A stretch of DNA of 64,000 nucleotides from an uncultured Solirubrobacteraceae bacterium. Lineage in GTDB: Bacteria; Actinomycetota; Thermoleophilia; Solirubrobacterales; Solirubrobacteraceae. Below, piece after piece: positions 27,186 through 36,646 of the stretch (the stretch's first letter is position 1; each line of letters starts with the position of its first letter). A model generated the notes under the pieces. It did no database searches. It worked only from the letters and a program-made list of their open reading frames with translations, and was not told the DNA's origin. The position numbers were made by a program, and so were the translations under genes. Location: assembly GCA_964588985.1 (NCBI GenBank), contig CAZPQW010000003.1, forward strand, positions 32,001-96,000. The letters are read 5' to 3'.

Positions 27186-28208
27186 TCAGGCGGCGGTCGC
27201 GGCCCCGGCCTTCTCGGCCAGGATCGCTGCGATGCGAGCACGGTGCCTCTTGGCGTCCCCGAGCAGCGCGGCGTCGAGCTGCGCGCGCTTGTAGAGCCAG
27301 TGGATGTCCGCCTCCCACGTGAAGCCGATCCCGCCGTGCGCCTGGATCGCGCTCGCCGTCACCTCGCGTCCGGCGTCCGACGCGCACGCCTTCGCCATCG
27401 CCGCCGCCTCCGCTAGCTGCCCCGCGTCGGCGTCCGCGGTCCATGCGGCGAACGCCGCGGTCGAGCGCGCCTTCTCGGTTTCGAGCAGCATCTGCGCGCA
27501 GCGGTGCGATACCGCCTGGTAGGCGCCCACGGGCACGCCGAACTGCTTGCGGTCCTTGACGTACTCGACCGTCATCGCGAGCGCCCTGTCGCAAACGCCC
27601 ACGAGCTCCGAGCTGACGGCCACGAGCGCACGGCCGAGCCCCGCGCAGCCGTCCGCGAGCAGCTCACCGCCGTCGCCAGCGCTCACCTGCGCCGCGGAGC
27701 GGGTGGGGTCGATCGACGCGAGCGGACTCACGTCGGCCTCGTCGCTCGAGATAACCCGCGCGGAGCCGTCGTCTTCCACCAGCACGATCAGCTGAGCGTC
27801 CGCTCCGCCGATCACCAGATCCGCAACGCCGTCAACCGCCGCGCCCAGCGCGCCGATCGTCTCGCCCGACGCCAATCCCGGCAGCCAGCGCGCCTGCTGC
27901 TCGGGCGAGCCGCCGTGCTCGATCACGCTCGCCGCCATGATGCTCGGGAGGTAGGGGACGGGGGCGAGCGAGCGCCCCAGCTCCTCGCACAAGATCGACA
28001 GCTCGATCATGCCGAGCCCCTGCCCGCCGTGCTCCTCGGAGATCGCGATCCCCGGCCAGCCCAGCTCGCACAGCTCGCTCCACAGCTCCGCGTCCATATG
28101 CGCGGACTCCGCGTACGCGCGCACCCGCTCTGGCTTCGCGCGCTCGGCCAGCAGGTCGCGCGCCGTGCGCTGGATCTCGCGCTGGTCGTCTGTCAGGCCG
28201 AAGTCCAT
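27186..28208 (-). CDS. acyl-CoA dehydrogenase family protein (short partner subunit)
   Basis: YVKDRKQFGVPVGAYQAVSHRCA; IQAHGGIGFTWE. Confidence 0.92.
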   Translation of the reverse strand: MDFGLTDDQREIQRTARDLLAERAKPERVRAYAESAHMDAELWSELCELGWPGIAISEEHGGQGLGMIELSILCEELGRSLAPVPYLPSIMAASVIEHGGSPEQQARWLPGLASGETIGALGAAVDGVADLVIGGADAQLIVLVEDDGSARVISSDEADVSPLASIDPTRSAAQVSAGDGGELLADGCAGLGRALVAVSSELVGVCDRALAMTVEYVKDRKQFGVPVGAYQAVSHRCAQMLLETEKARSTAAFAAWTADADAGQLAEAAAMAKACASDAGREVTASAIQAHGGIGFTWEADIHWLYKRAQLDAALLGDAKRHRARIAAILAEKAGAATAA

Positions 28209-28260
28209 CAGCTACGCGACCCGAGTACGGAGCCCGAAGGGCGCAGTTCATAAAAATTCA

Positions 28261-29406
28261 TCACACCGCCACCTTCAATCGCGGCAATCCGAGCACGCGC
28301 TCCGCCACGATGTTCTTGAGCACCTCCGTGGTGCCTCCCTCGATCGTGTTGCCGCGCGCGCGCAGCAGCTCGTAGCTCCAGCGCGTGCCGCTCGTCAGTG
28401 CGTCCGGGCCCACCACGTCCACCGCCAGCTGCGTCAACCGCTGGTTGGTGTCCGACCACAGCCACTTCACGAGCGAGCCCTCGGGGCCCGGCTGGCCGTA
28501 GCGCTCGATGTCGGTGAGGCCCTTCCACGCGAGCAGGCGGATCGACTCGCAGCGCACGTGCAGCTCCGCGAGCTCGCCCGCGTAGTTCTCGTACACCCCG
28601 CGCTCGAGCGCCTTGCCGATCAGGTCGTCCAGCAGCTGGCGCAGGCGGATCTGCAGCGCGAAGCCGAGGCCCGCGCGCTCGTTCATCAGCGTCGTCAGCG
28701 CGACCTTCCAGCCGTTGCCGACGCCGCCCACCACGTTCGCGTCGGGGATCCGCGCCTCCTCGATGAACAGCTCGTTGAACTCCGCCTCGCCGGTGATCTG
28801 GCGCAGCGGGCGCACCTGCACCGCGTCCTGCTCCATGTCCATCAGGAAGTACGTCAGGCCCTTGTGCTTGGCCACCTCGCCGTCGGTGCGCGCGACGAGC
28901 ATGCACCACTTCGCGTACTGCGCGCCGCTCGTCCACACCTTCTGCCCGGTCACCACCCAGTCGTCGCCGTCCTTCACCGCGCGGGTTTTGAGCGACGCGA
29001 GATCCGAGCCCGCATCCGGCTCGGAGAAGCCCTGACACCAGATCTCCTCGCCTGAGAGGATGGGCGCGAGGTAGCGCTCCTTCTGCTCGGGCGTGCCCCA
29101 CACCATCAGCGTCGGTCCGCCGAGCAGCAGCCCGAGGACGTTGGCCGCCATCGGCACCCGTGCGCGTCCGATCTCTTCAAAATATATGGCCGACTCGGTC
29201 AGCGTTGCGCCTCTGCCGCCGTACTCGGCCGGCCATGCGGGCGCCGCCCAGCCGGCGTCGTAGAGCCGGCGTTGCCAGTCGCGCCTCCAGCCGTAATGGG
29301 CGTCCTCGCCGCCCTCCGTGGGCTCCGGCGCGGGCGGGTTCTGCGCGAGCCACGCGCGCAGCTCGTCGCGGAACGCGATCTCCTGTGGGCTGAAAGTTAG
29401 ATCCAT
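28261..29406 (-). CDS. acyl-CoA dehydrogenase family protein
   Basis: WCQGFSEPDAGSDLASL; GQKVWTS; TIEGGTTEV. Confidence 0.94.
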   Translation of the reverse strand: MDLTFSPQEIAFRDELRAWLAQNPPAPEPTEGGEDAHYGWRRDWQRRLYDAGWAAPAWPAEYGGRGATLTESAIYFEEIGRARVPMAANVLGLLLGGPTLMVWGTPEQKERYLAPILSGEEIWCQGFSEPDAGSDLASLKTRAVKDGDDWVVTGQKVWTSGAQYAKWCMLVARTDGEVAKHKGLTYFLMDMEQDAVQVRPLRQITGEAEFNELFIEEARIPDANVVGGVGNGWKVALTTLMNERAGLGFALQIRLRQLLDDLIGKALERGVYENYAGELAELHVRCESIRLLAWKGLTDIERYGQPGPEGSLVKWLWSDTNQRLTQLAVDVVGPDALTSGTRWSYELLRARGNTIEGGTTEVLKNIVAERVLGLPRLKVAV

Positions 29407-29488
29407 GACTGTTTCTAAAACACTACAGATGCGGGCCGGGGTGCGACTGGCGACCGCGTGGGCGAACGATACTCCGGTTCCCGTCCGC

Positions 29489-30160
29489 TCACGTGATGTC
29501 GATCGGCGTGCCGAGCTTCACCAGCGACCACAGCCGCTCGATGTCCGCGTTGCGCAGGCGGATGCAGCCGTGCGAGGGACGGCCGGGGATCAGCCGCGGT
29601 TCGTCGGTGCCGTGGATCCCCACCACGCCGCCGCCGGGCCATTCGCTGAGCGTCGGCGCGAATGCGCTCGTGCCGAGCGCCAGCGGCCCATACACGGGCG
29701 TGTTCGCCGTCACGAGCTTCTCCATCACGTAGAAGCGCCCGGACGGGGTGACGGTGCTCGCCTTGCCGACGCCGACGGGCGCCTCGAAGATCGCGTGCCC
29801 GTCGCGGAACAGCGTCGCGCGCAGGCGGCGCTTGTCGATCAGCAGGTAGCCGTCGACCTCGTTGAGCGTGCCGAGCGCTCCTCGCGGAACCCAGCCGGTG
29901 CGTCCGTTCGGACGTCCCGGAACCTCGATGCGGATCCACGTGTGGCCCGAGGCGAGCCGCTCGGAGTCGAGCGCCACGTACAGCTCCGCCTGCCCGTCAA
30001 CGGTCAGGAACCGCAGCCGCCCGACGACCGGGGCGTGCGCGGAGGGCGACGCGTGGATCGGCGCTTCCCCAGTCGGGTAGGCCCAGTGCGAGACGGTGCG
30101 CAGGTCCGACAGGCGCACGACAGGGCCCGGCGGCACGGGGAGGGGGGAGACGGCGAGCAC
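29489..30160 (-). CDS. L,D-transpeptidase (YkuD domain)
   Basis: PVGVGK...TPSG; VGIHGT...SHGCIRL catalytic His/Cys. Confidence 0.9.
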   Translation of the reverse strand: MLAVSPLPVPPGPVVRLSDLRTVSHWAYPTGEAPIHASPSAHAPVVGRLRFLTVDGQAELYVALDSERLASGHTWIRIEVPGRPNGRTGWVPRGALGTLNEVDGYLLIDKRRLRATLFRDGHAIFEAPVGVGKASTVTPSGRFYVMEKLVTANTPVYGPLALGTSAFAPTLSEWPGGGVVGIHGTDEPRLIPGRPSHGCIRLRNADIERLWSLVKLGTPIDIT

Positions 30161-30170
30161 CGCGGCGAGG

Positions 30171-31616
30171 CTAACCGGTGAACTTCGGCGAGACCACGTT
30201 CGAGCTGCAGCGCACGATCGTGATCGAACGCGACGCCTGCACCGCTTTGGCTGCGGCGGTGGCCTTGATCATCGTGATCCTCGCCTGCAGCCGGTGCGCA
30301 CCCACCCTGAGCTTGCTCGGGTCGACGGTGATCGACAGCAGTCCGCCGTGGGCGCTGTGCGCGGTGAGTCTCCTCAGTTTGTGCCCGTCGAGGTAGAAGA
30401 TCACGCTTGCGACGCCCGCCGACTTGATGCTTGCGCGGAAGCTCGAGCGCACGCAGCCCTGGGGGCCTTTGAGGCTTGGCACGGTCCCAGAGGCGAATGC
30501 CGCTACGCCGGTTTTGCCCGGGGTTTCGGTGGTTTTGGTTCCGAGCGTTCCGCCTGCGGGGGTGGGGGGCGAGGCGGTCGTGGTGGTCGTTTTTTCCTGT
30601 TCTTTTTCTTCTTCTTTTTTAGCCGGAGAGGTGGGCTTGACTTCCGTTACGACCGTGTTGGAGATTTTGGTTTCGGGCGAGCCGTCGCCGTCGGGGGGCG
30701 TGCCGGTGAGCATGACCGTGTTCGCGTAGGAGCCCACGGTGAGGTCGGCGTCGGTGATCAGGTGCGTGCAGAGGTATGCGCTCGAGGCGCCGGGGGCGAG
30801 GACGCCGCCCGCGGGACCGCCGGTGATCGTGCCGGCGTCGCAGCGCGGATCGGTGAAGGCCCCGACCGTCATCGGCACGTTGCCGGGGTTGTTGACGACG
30901 ATCTCATAGCCGATCGTCTGTCCCACTTCGCCCGTCTGCTGGGCGCTCGTGTACGGCGCGCCGGTACCTTCGACGCGCTGGAGCTTTTCCACCGACATTT
31001 CGGGCCGCGGGGGACACGTGACTTTCGCGTGGATGTCGAAGCCGCCGTTCATGCCGTTGGCGGTCGACCTCCTCCATTTGGCGTACCCGTCGATGATGTA
31101 GCTGCCAGGAGGCGCGTTGATGGGCGTGACGTTCGTGCCGGTGGAGCCGTCGAACGTGAACGTGGTGGAGGTGCTGACGTGGTCGACCTTGAGCTTCTCG
31201 GTGACGGTGTTGCCCGGGAGGTTGGGGAATTCCCTGAACGTCCAGGTGATCGACGTGCAGTTGATCAACAGCACGCCGTGGGTCCGTTCGTTCGAGCGCG
31301 CCTTGAGCAGTTTTTCGCTGGGGACGCGTTCGGCGGCCCTCTGTTCGCGGCGGGCCTTCTGCGCGGCCGCGCGTTCTTCCTGCTTGGCCTGCTTGGCGGC
31401 GGCCTTCTGTTCGGCGATCAGCGCCTGCGCTTCGGGAGAGCTCTGCGCGGCGGACTGCGCCTGGCCGGCGGGGGCGAGGATCGCCACGAGCGCCAGGGCG
31501 AGCGCGAGCAGGATCGCGATCAGCGGGAGCGTCTGGCCGCCCCTGCGTCGGGTCGTGACCGAGCCGTCGCGCCTCGGTTGCGACCGGTGCGGCCCTCCGT
31601 TGTTGCGAGTCTGCAT
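30171..31616 (-). CDS. secreted surface protein with DUF11-like Ig domain, C-terminal PKFTG
   Basis: Signal/TM LIAILLALALALVAILAP; VGQTIGYEIVVNNPGNVPM...D..C...Y.N Ig-like repeat; start ATG 31616 after GGGAGAG. Confidence 0.75.
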   Translation of the reverse strand: MQTRNNGGPHRSQPRRDGSVTTRRRGGQTLPLIAILLALALALVAILAPAGQAQSAAQSSPEAQALIAEQKAAAKQAKQEERAAAQKARREQRAAERVPSEKLLKARSNERTHGVLLINCTSITWTFREFPNLPGNTVTEKLKVDHVSTSTTFTFDGSTGTNVTPINAPPGSYIIDGYAKWRRSTANGMNGGFDIHAKVTCPPRPEMSVEKLQRVEGTGAPYTSAQQTGEVGQTIGYEIVVNNPGNVPMTVGAFTDPRCDAGTITGGPAGGVLAPGASSAYLCTHLITDADLTVGSYANTVMLTGTPPDGDGSPETKISNTVVTEVKPTSPAKKEEEKEQEKTTTTTASPPTPAGGTLGTKTTETPGKTGVAAFASGTVPSLKGPQGCVRSSFRASIKSAGVASVIFYLDGHKLRRLTAHSAHGGLLSITVDPSKLRVGAHRLQARITMIKATAAAKAVQASRSITIVRCSSNVVSPKFTG

Positions 31617-31878
31617 GTCTCTCCCGTTCCGTGGGTCGCAGTCCCTTGTGGCGCGCGAAACCCCCTGCGTACTGCCCAGCACTCCCGCGCGTCTCCAAGC
31701 ACGGGAGCCATCCGCGTCAAATCTTTGCATATCGCGCGCGCCGTGTCTCTAGTTGTTATCCCTCGTAACAGTTTGACGGCGTGGATGCATCTCGCGACCT
31801 GGCGGTTTTCGCTTTCCAGAGGCAAACTTCGCCGTCGTGGTCCCGTTGAGCGATGCCCGTCGGAGTGGGAGATGACGG

Positions 31879-32781
31879 ATGACCGGCCAACTCGCATCCA
31901 ATGACGGCGAGCGTGACGCCAAGATCGCCGCGCAGGCGTTTCGAGAGCTGCCGGTCCAGCTGATCGACCCAAACCCCTCGCAGCCACGTCAGCGCTTCGA
32001 GCAGGCGGCGCTCCACGCGTTGGCGGGATCGATTCGCGAGCGCGGCGTCCTGCAACCATTGCTCGTGCGTCCCCGTCCGGGCGGCAGGTACCAGATCGTC
32101 GCCGGGGAGCGGCGCTGGTTCGCCGCTCAGATCGCCGGCCTCGAGACGATCCCCGCTCTGCTGTGCCCATACGACGACGCCGCCACGCTCGAAGTGGCGC
32201 TGATCGAGAACATGGCGCGCGAGAACCTCAACGCCGTGGAGCAGGCGCGCGCCTGCCAGACACTGGTGGAGCTCGGCCTCACACACCAGCAGATCGGAGA
32301 GCGCGTCGGGCTGAGCGCCAGCGCGGTCGCGAACCTGAGGCGCCTGCTGAACCTGTCCGAGGAGATCCTTCGGCTCATCGAGCGGGACGAGTTGGGCGTG
32401 GCCCACGGACGGGCGCTGCTGGTCGCGAAGGATGCCGGGGTACGGGAGGAATTGGCCGCCAAGGCCGTCAAAGAGAGATGGAGGGTGCTGAGGCTCGAAG
32501 CTCGCGCCCGCGAAAGCAACGACGATGTCGCTCCCCCCGACGAGAAGCCGCAAGCGCAGCGGGAGCCTCGCATCGGATCCGATGAGGAGCAATACCTCGA
32601 CGAGGCCACGCTCGCGGCTGCCACGGCATGGGGCGATCTGGTGGGGATCGAAGTTCGCGTCCGCCCGATGGCCCGCGGGCGGGTGCGCCTGGAGGTCCAG
32701 TTCAACTCCCCACAGGCGGCGATCGAGGCGGCCGCACGGCTGGCCGAGGCGGTATCCGGCTCGGAGGGGCCATCTCGATGA
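31879..32781 (+). CDS. parB: ParB/RepB/Spo0J family protein (orphan, no parA)
   Basis: PNPSQPR; GVLQPLLVR; IVAGERRW; ALIENMARENLN; HTH VGLSASAVANLRRLL. Confidence 0.9.
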   Translation: MTGQLASNDGERDAKIAAQAFRELPVQLIDPNPSQPRQRFEQAALHALAGSIRERGVLQPLLVRPRPGGRYQIVAGERRWFAAQIAGLETIPALLCPYDDAATLEVALIENMARENLNAVEQARACQTLVELGLTHQQIGERVGLSASAVANLRRLLNLSEEILRLIERDELGVAHGRALLVAKDAGVREELAAKAVKERWRVLRLEARARESNDDVAPPDEKPQAQREPRIGSDEEQYLDEATLAAATAWGDLVGIEVRVRPMARGRVRLEVQFNSPQAAIEAAARLAEAVSGSEGPSR

Positions 32782-33533
32782 CGGCCGAATACGTACCCGC
32801 ACACGCCATAGAGCGGGCACGAATGCTCGCATGGACCACCGCCGTGGGCGCGATCACAGCCGAGGCGTTGTCGAAGCGCGACGCGCTCAGTGTCGCCACA
32901 GCCAAAGACCGCTTGGACGAGGCCGTCGGGTTGGGGCTGCTGGAGCGGCACGCGCTGCTCGTCGGCTACTCCGATCTCTACACCGTCACAGGCCCTGGAC
33001 GGACGGAGGCCCGCAGGCACTCCGACGCCGGTGGGTACACCTATCCGGAGGGGCTGCGCACGGCTCGGGCCACGATCAGGGATGCCCGACACACGATCGC
33101 GTGCGCAAGCGTGATGGCAGGCTTGGAACGCGCCTACCCCGACTGTCGCGTAATCGCCGAGCGCGAGCTCCATCGCGAGGAGCACGCTCAGCAACGTCGC
33201 CTGGGGAGTGTCAGCGTCCGACGTTACGGGCAGACGCGTTCCCACTACCCCGACATCGTGATCTGGCCGCCTCCCACGGCTGGAGGCCCGCCGCCGTTGC
33301 CGATCGCGGTGGAGGTCGAGCTGACGATGAAGTCCAAGGAGGAGCTGACCGCGATCTGCCTCGCGTTTGCCCGCAGCCGCGATATAGAGGCGGCCGTCTA
33401 CTTCGCCGAGACGACCAGGTTGAAGGAAAGACTCCTGCATACGGTCGAACGGTTGAATGCGGAGGAGATGATCGTGGTCGTTCCCCTGAGCGCGATCGTC
33501 GAGTCACTGCCCGGCTTTGAGCTCGGGGCGTAG
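32778..33533 (+). CDS. wHTH + PD-(D/E)XK-like protein (replication-relaxation family-like)
   Basis: N-terminal wHTH; H..A; HYPD...IAVEVELTMKS; ATGA overlap with parB. Confidence 0.6.
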   Translation: MTAEYVPAHAIERARMLAWTTAVGAITAEALSKRDALSVATAKDRLDEAVGLGLLERHALLVGYSDLYTVTGPGRTEARRHSDAGGYTYPEGLRTARATIRDARHTIACASVMAGLERAYPDCRVIAERELHREEHAQQRRLGSVSVRRYGQTRSHYPDIVIWPPPTAGGPPPLPIAVEVELTMKSKEELTAICLAFARSRDIEAAVYFAETTRLKERLLHTVERLNAEEMIVVVPLSAIVESLPGFELGA

Positions 33534-33769
33534 CGGGAATGCCGACGCTCGCGTTGCCTTCCGCCTGACCCGTCGCGAGTTCGACAGCTTGATATCACAG
33601 GATGTGACATCAAGATCCCAGCATGGGGCTTTGGGCGCGTTTGGCGAGGGTCCTTCAGTTCGCGTAAAGCACCTAGGCGGCCTTGTAGTCGGCGATGATG
33701 CCCTGCAGCTCCCGGTCGCATCGCCGGGTGAGCGGGCCTCGTCGAACGCGACACTTTGTTGATGGGTGA

Positions 33770-34195
33770 CTATTGAGATGACCGTTGCAGGATCGTCTCG
33801 GCGAACTCGACCAGGTGTCGGGCTTGGCGCAATGAGCGCTTGAGCTCGGGAGCGGTGATGCTGATGAATCCGTAGTGCGCGGTGTCCTTGAGGTTCAACA
33901 TCTGGCGCAGATGGCTGGCGGCTCGCTTGCCGCCTGGGGTGATCTGCTCGATGAGTGTCTCGGCGTTATGGTGATCATCAGAGCGGGAGCGCCTGCCCAA
34001 CTCCTGGCAACAGGAGGCGTCGGCCGCAGCTATCCCGGCGAGGATTGCCACCGATGCGGCGACACTTGCGTATTCGAGCGAGAGGTCGTTAACGTCGGCT
34101 TGTGAGTTCGGCGACTTCGAGAAAGCTCTGTGCCTGAGTCGCTGGCGCGCCTGCGGTGCGCCGCAGGCCTGTGTCCTGTTACGTGCCTGCGACAT
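33770..34195 (-). CDS. HEPN-like toxin of MNT-HEPN pair
   Basis: AGIAAADA.C...G..S...DH...LKDTAHYG helical protein; TGATG overlap with MNT gene. Confidence 0.65.
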   Translation of the reverse strand: MSQARNRTQACGAPQARQRLRHRAFSKSPNSQADVNDLSLEYASVAASVAILAGIAAADASCCQELGRRSRSDDHHNAETLIEQITPGGKRAASHLRQMLNLKDTAHYGFISITAPELKRSLRQARHLVEFAETILQRSSQ

Positions 34196-34812
34196 CACAC
34201 ATCTCGAAGCAGCACTTTGGTGGGCTCTCCGGCGAGATCGATCGCGTCCCGTCGGACCTGCTCGAGAATGGGTGGACCTTCGCTGTACTGGCGACGCATG
34301 TCTGCCTCGGGCACCTCGGCGATGCCCGCGTGGTTGCCGGTCCACTGTCTGACACGGTCGGCCAGGTCGTCGATCTGCCTTCGCCAGGTCTCGTCCTCAG
34401 CGCTGATGCCCATGGGGCGGATGATGAGCAGGTCGATGTCGCTGTCCGCGTCTCCGTCGCCGCGTGCTGTGCTGCCGAACAGCGAGGCGTGCATGGCGGG
34501 CGTTTCCCAGCTGCCGATCTGCTCTCGCAGACGACGGATGAGCTCCGTTCGTGCGCCTGCCATCTGTTCGACGGTGCCCGCGAGCAGGTGGCGGCGGTTG
34601 AGCGTGTAGAGCCGGGTGCGACCGCTGTATAGGCAATCCACGAGGCCATGGTCGACGAGGCGATCCAGCACGTGCTGCACACCGGTCTTCGAGCGTCCGG
34701 CGCGACGTGCGATCTCCCGGCCGCTGCGCGGCTCGCTGGATCCGGCGAGCACAGCCAGGACGTCGAGGTCCACGCTTGGGGAAAGGGCTATGAATGGCTT
34801 GGAGACGTTCAT
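34195..34812 (-). CDS. HTH + minimal nucleotidyltransferase (MNT) antitoxin
   Basis: SGREIARRAG HTH; LFGSTARGDGDADSDIDLLII. Confidence 0.88.
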   Translation of the reverse strand: MNVSKPFIALSPSVDLDVLAVLAGSSEPRSGREIARRAGRSKTGVQHVLDRLVDHGLVDCLYSGRTRLYTLNRRHLLAGTVEQMAGARTELIRRLREQIGSWETPAMHASLFGSTARGDGDADSDIDLLIIRPMGISAEDETWRRQIDDLADRVRQWTGNHAGIAEVPEADMRRQYSEGPPILEQVRRDAIDLAGEPTKVLLRDV

Positions 34813-34937
34813 CTGTAATGACATCCCGGGCGACGGTGCTTACGGTTGCCATATCATGGCCTAAATAAAGGCCAACTGGCCTAAATATAGTATATATCTC
34901 GCAGCCCCTCGGCAATACGCCCGCGCTCCGACTGAAG

Positions 34938-34951
34938 CGTACGTATGTTCG
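34938..34951. promoter_or_regulatory. LexA (SOS) box upstream of dinB
   Basis: CGTAC-GTAT-GTTCG, one mismatch to CGAAC-N4-GTTCG, ahead of an SOS polymerase gene. Confidence 0.6.
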
Positions 34952-34988
34952 TATCTGCCGCCGGTCGCGGCGCTAGATTCGGCGGGTC

Positions 34989-36101
34989 GTGTGCGCTGCC
35001 GAATCCGCTCTGAACGTGGCCCACCTGGACGCGGACGCGTTCTACGTGTCGGTCGAGCTGCGCCGCCATCCGGAGTTGCGCGGCAGGCCGGTGGTGGTGG
35101 CGGGCAGCGGACCGCGTGCTGTCGTGACGACCGCGAGCTACGAGGCACGGCGCTTCGGGGTCGGATCGGCGATGCCGGCGTCGCGCGCGCGGCGCCTGTG
35201 TCCGGAGGCGGTGTTCCTGCCGCCGGACTTCGCCACATACCGCGAAGCCTCAGCGCACGTGATGGGGATCGTGCGCGAGCACGTCGAGCGGGTGGAAGTG
35301 GTGGGCCTCGACGAGGCGTACCTCGACCTCACGGGCCTGTTCTCGCCGCGCGCGGCGATGCGGCGGCTGCTGGCGGAGATCAAGGCGGCGACCGACCTTA
35401 CGTGCTCGGTGGGCATCGGACCGAACAAGCTCGTCGCGAAGGTCGCCTCCGACGCGGAGAAGCCGGCGGGCTTCGTGGTGCTCGACCGCGAGCAGGCATG
35501 CGCGCGCTTCGCCGCCTCGCCACCGGGGCTGGTTCCGGGGATCGGCCCGAAGACCGCCGCGCGCCTGGCCGAGATGGGGCTCGAGACGCTCGCCGCGGTC
35601 GGCGCCGCCCCCGAGGAGCTGCTGATGCAGCGCTTCGGCCCGAACCTCGGGCGCGAGCTCGGTCGAAGGGCGCGCTTCGAACACGACGGAGAGATCGGCG
35701 CGGCGCGGAAGGTCGTGTCCGAGTCGCGCGAGCGGACGTTCGACACCGACATCAGCGACCCCACCGAGCTGAGAGCGCTGCTGAGAAGGATGTCCGTGGA
35801 GCTGTGCGAGAGCCTCGCGGCCCATGGGCGCCAGGGCCGCACGATCGGCATCAAGGTGCGCCTCAGCGATTTCACGACCGTCACAAGGGCGCGCACGCTG
35901 AAGGAGGCGACGAGCGACCCGCAGGTGGTGACCGCCGAGGCACTGCGGCTGTTGGATGGCTACGCCCCTCCGCGCCCTGTGCGGCTGCTCGGGGTGCGGG
36001 TGGCTGGGCTCGGCGGCGACTCGAAGGCCTCAGGGGACGGCCAGGAGTCGAACCTCGATTCAGATAGTGGAGAGCGCCTGCAGTTGGCGCTCCCGGTGTA
36101 G
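34989..36101 (+). CDS. dinB: DNA polymerase IV
   Basis: HLDADAFYVSVE; TASYEARRFGV; LDEAYLD; AKVASDAEKP; RLLGV. Confidence 0.96.
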   Translation: MCAAESALNVAHLDADAFYVSVELRRHPELRGRPVVVAGSGPRAVVTTASYEARRFGVGSAMPASRARRLCPEAVFLPPDFATYREASAHVMGIVREHVERVEVVGLDEAYLDLTGLFSPRAAMRRLLAEIKAATDLTCSVGIGPNKLVAKVASDAEKPAGFVVLDREQACARFAASPPGLVPGIGPKTAARLAEMGLETLAAVGAAPEELLMQRFGPNLGRELGRRARFEHDGEIGAARKVVSESRERTFDTDISDPTELRALLRRMSVELCESLAAHGRQGRTIGIKVRLSDFTTVTRARTLKEATSDPQVVTAEALRLLDGYAPPRPVRLLGVRVAGLGGDSKASGDGQESNLDSDSGERLQLALPV

Positions 36102-36550
36102 GGCGCCGATCGCCTCGCGATTGCCGGCGCCGCTTAAGTAACGGGTTGACTTCAGCACCATTTGCGGCTGGCTGTCTCTGACTTTTCGCCTCGCGAGTTG
36201 CGGAAAACCCCTGCTCTGGAGCCAGTTCCGGATATCGGACTTTCCCAAACTCTCGACTTTAGGGTTCTGACTGTTGCGAACCTGCGCAGTCGTTTGCTAG
36301 ACCGTGAAGTGTCCCGTTTGGCCGAGCTGGCCAGATGATGACATCCCTAGGCTCCGGAGCGCATGTCCTCGCGACTCCGCTCCGGAGCCGGAATCAAGAC
36401 CCCCTGGTATCGGCCAGGGGAACAACAACAGGAGCGTACAACGATGCGAGTGTCGCGTCCAGGGTATGTGTCTGTCTTGTGGGGAGCGGGTTCGGCGACC
36501 GTCCGAGGACCGGAGTGCGCGCGAAAGCGATTATCGCGTGCACCAACCGG

Positions 36551-36589
36551 AAACGGGGGGTTGCGCCACCCGCGTCAATCAAACAGGAT
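36551..36589 (+). promoter_or_regulatory. putative promoter of cassette C
   Basis: AAACGGGGGG-TTGCGC-N17-CAGGAT; 96 nt upstream of ATG 36647, same motif and spacing as 12392. Confidence 0.5.
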
Positions 36590-36646
36590 CAGTCGCATTG
36601 ATGGACTCTGTGCTCGCATCGTGCTCCGTAAGTCAAGGAGCATCAC

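Noticed and set aside
33517-33762. Short ORFs between the parB operon and the HEPN gene
   Set aside because: No recognisable motif, RBS or consistent frame; possibly a degraded remnant but unsupported
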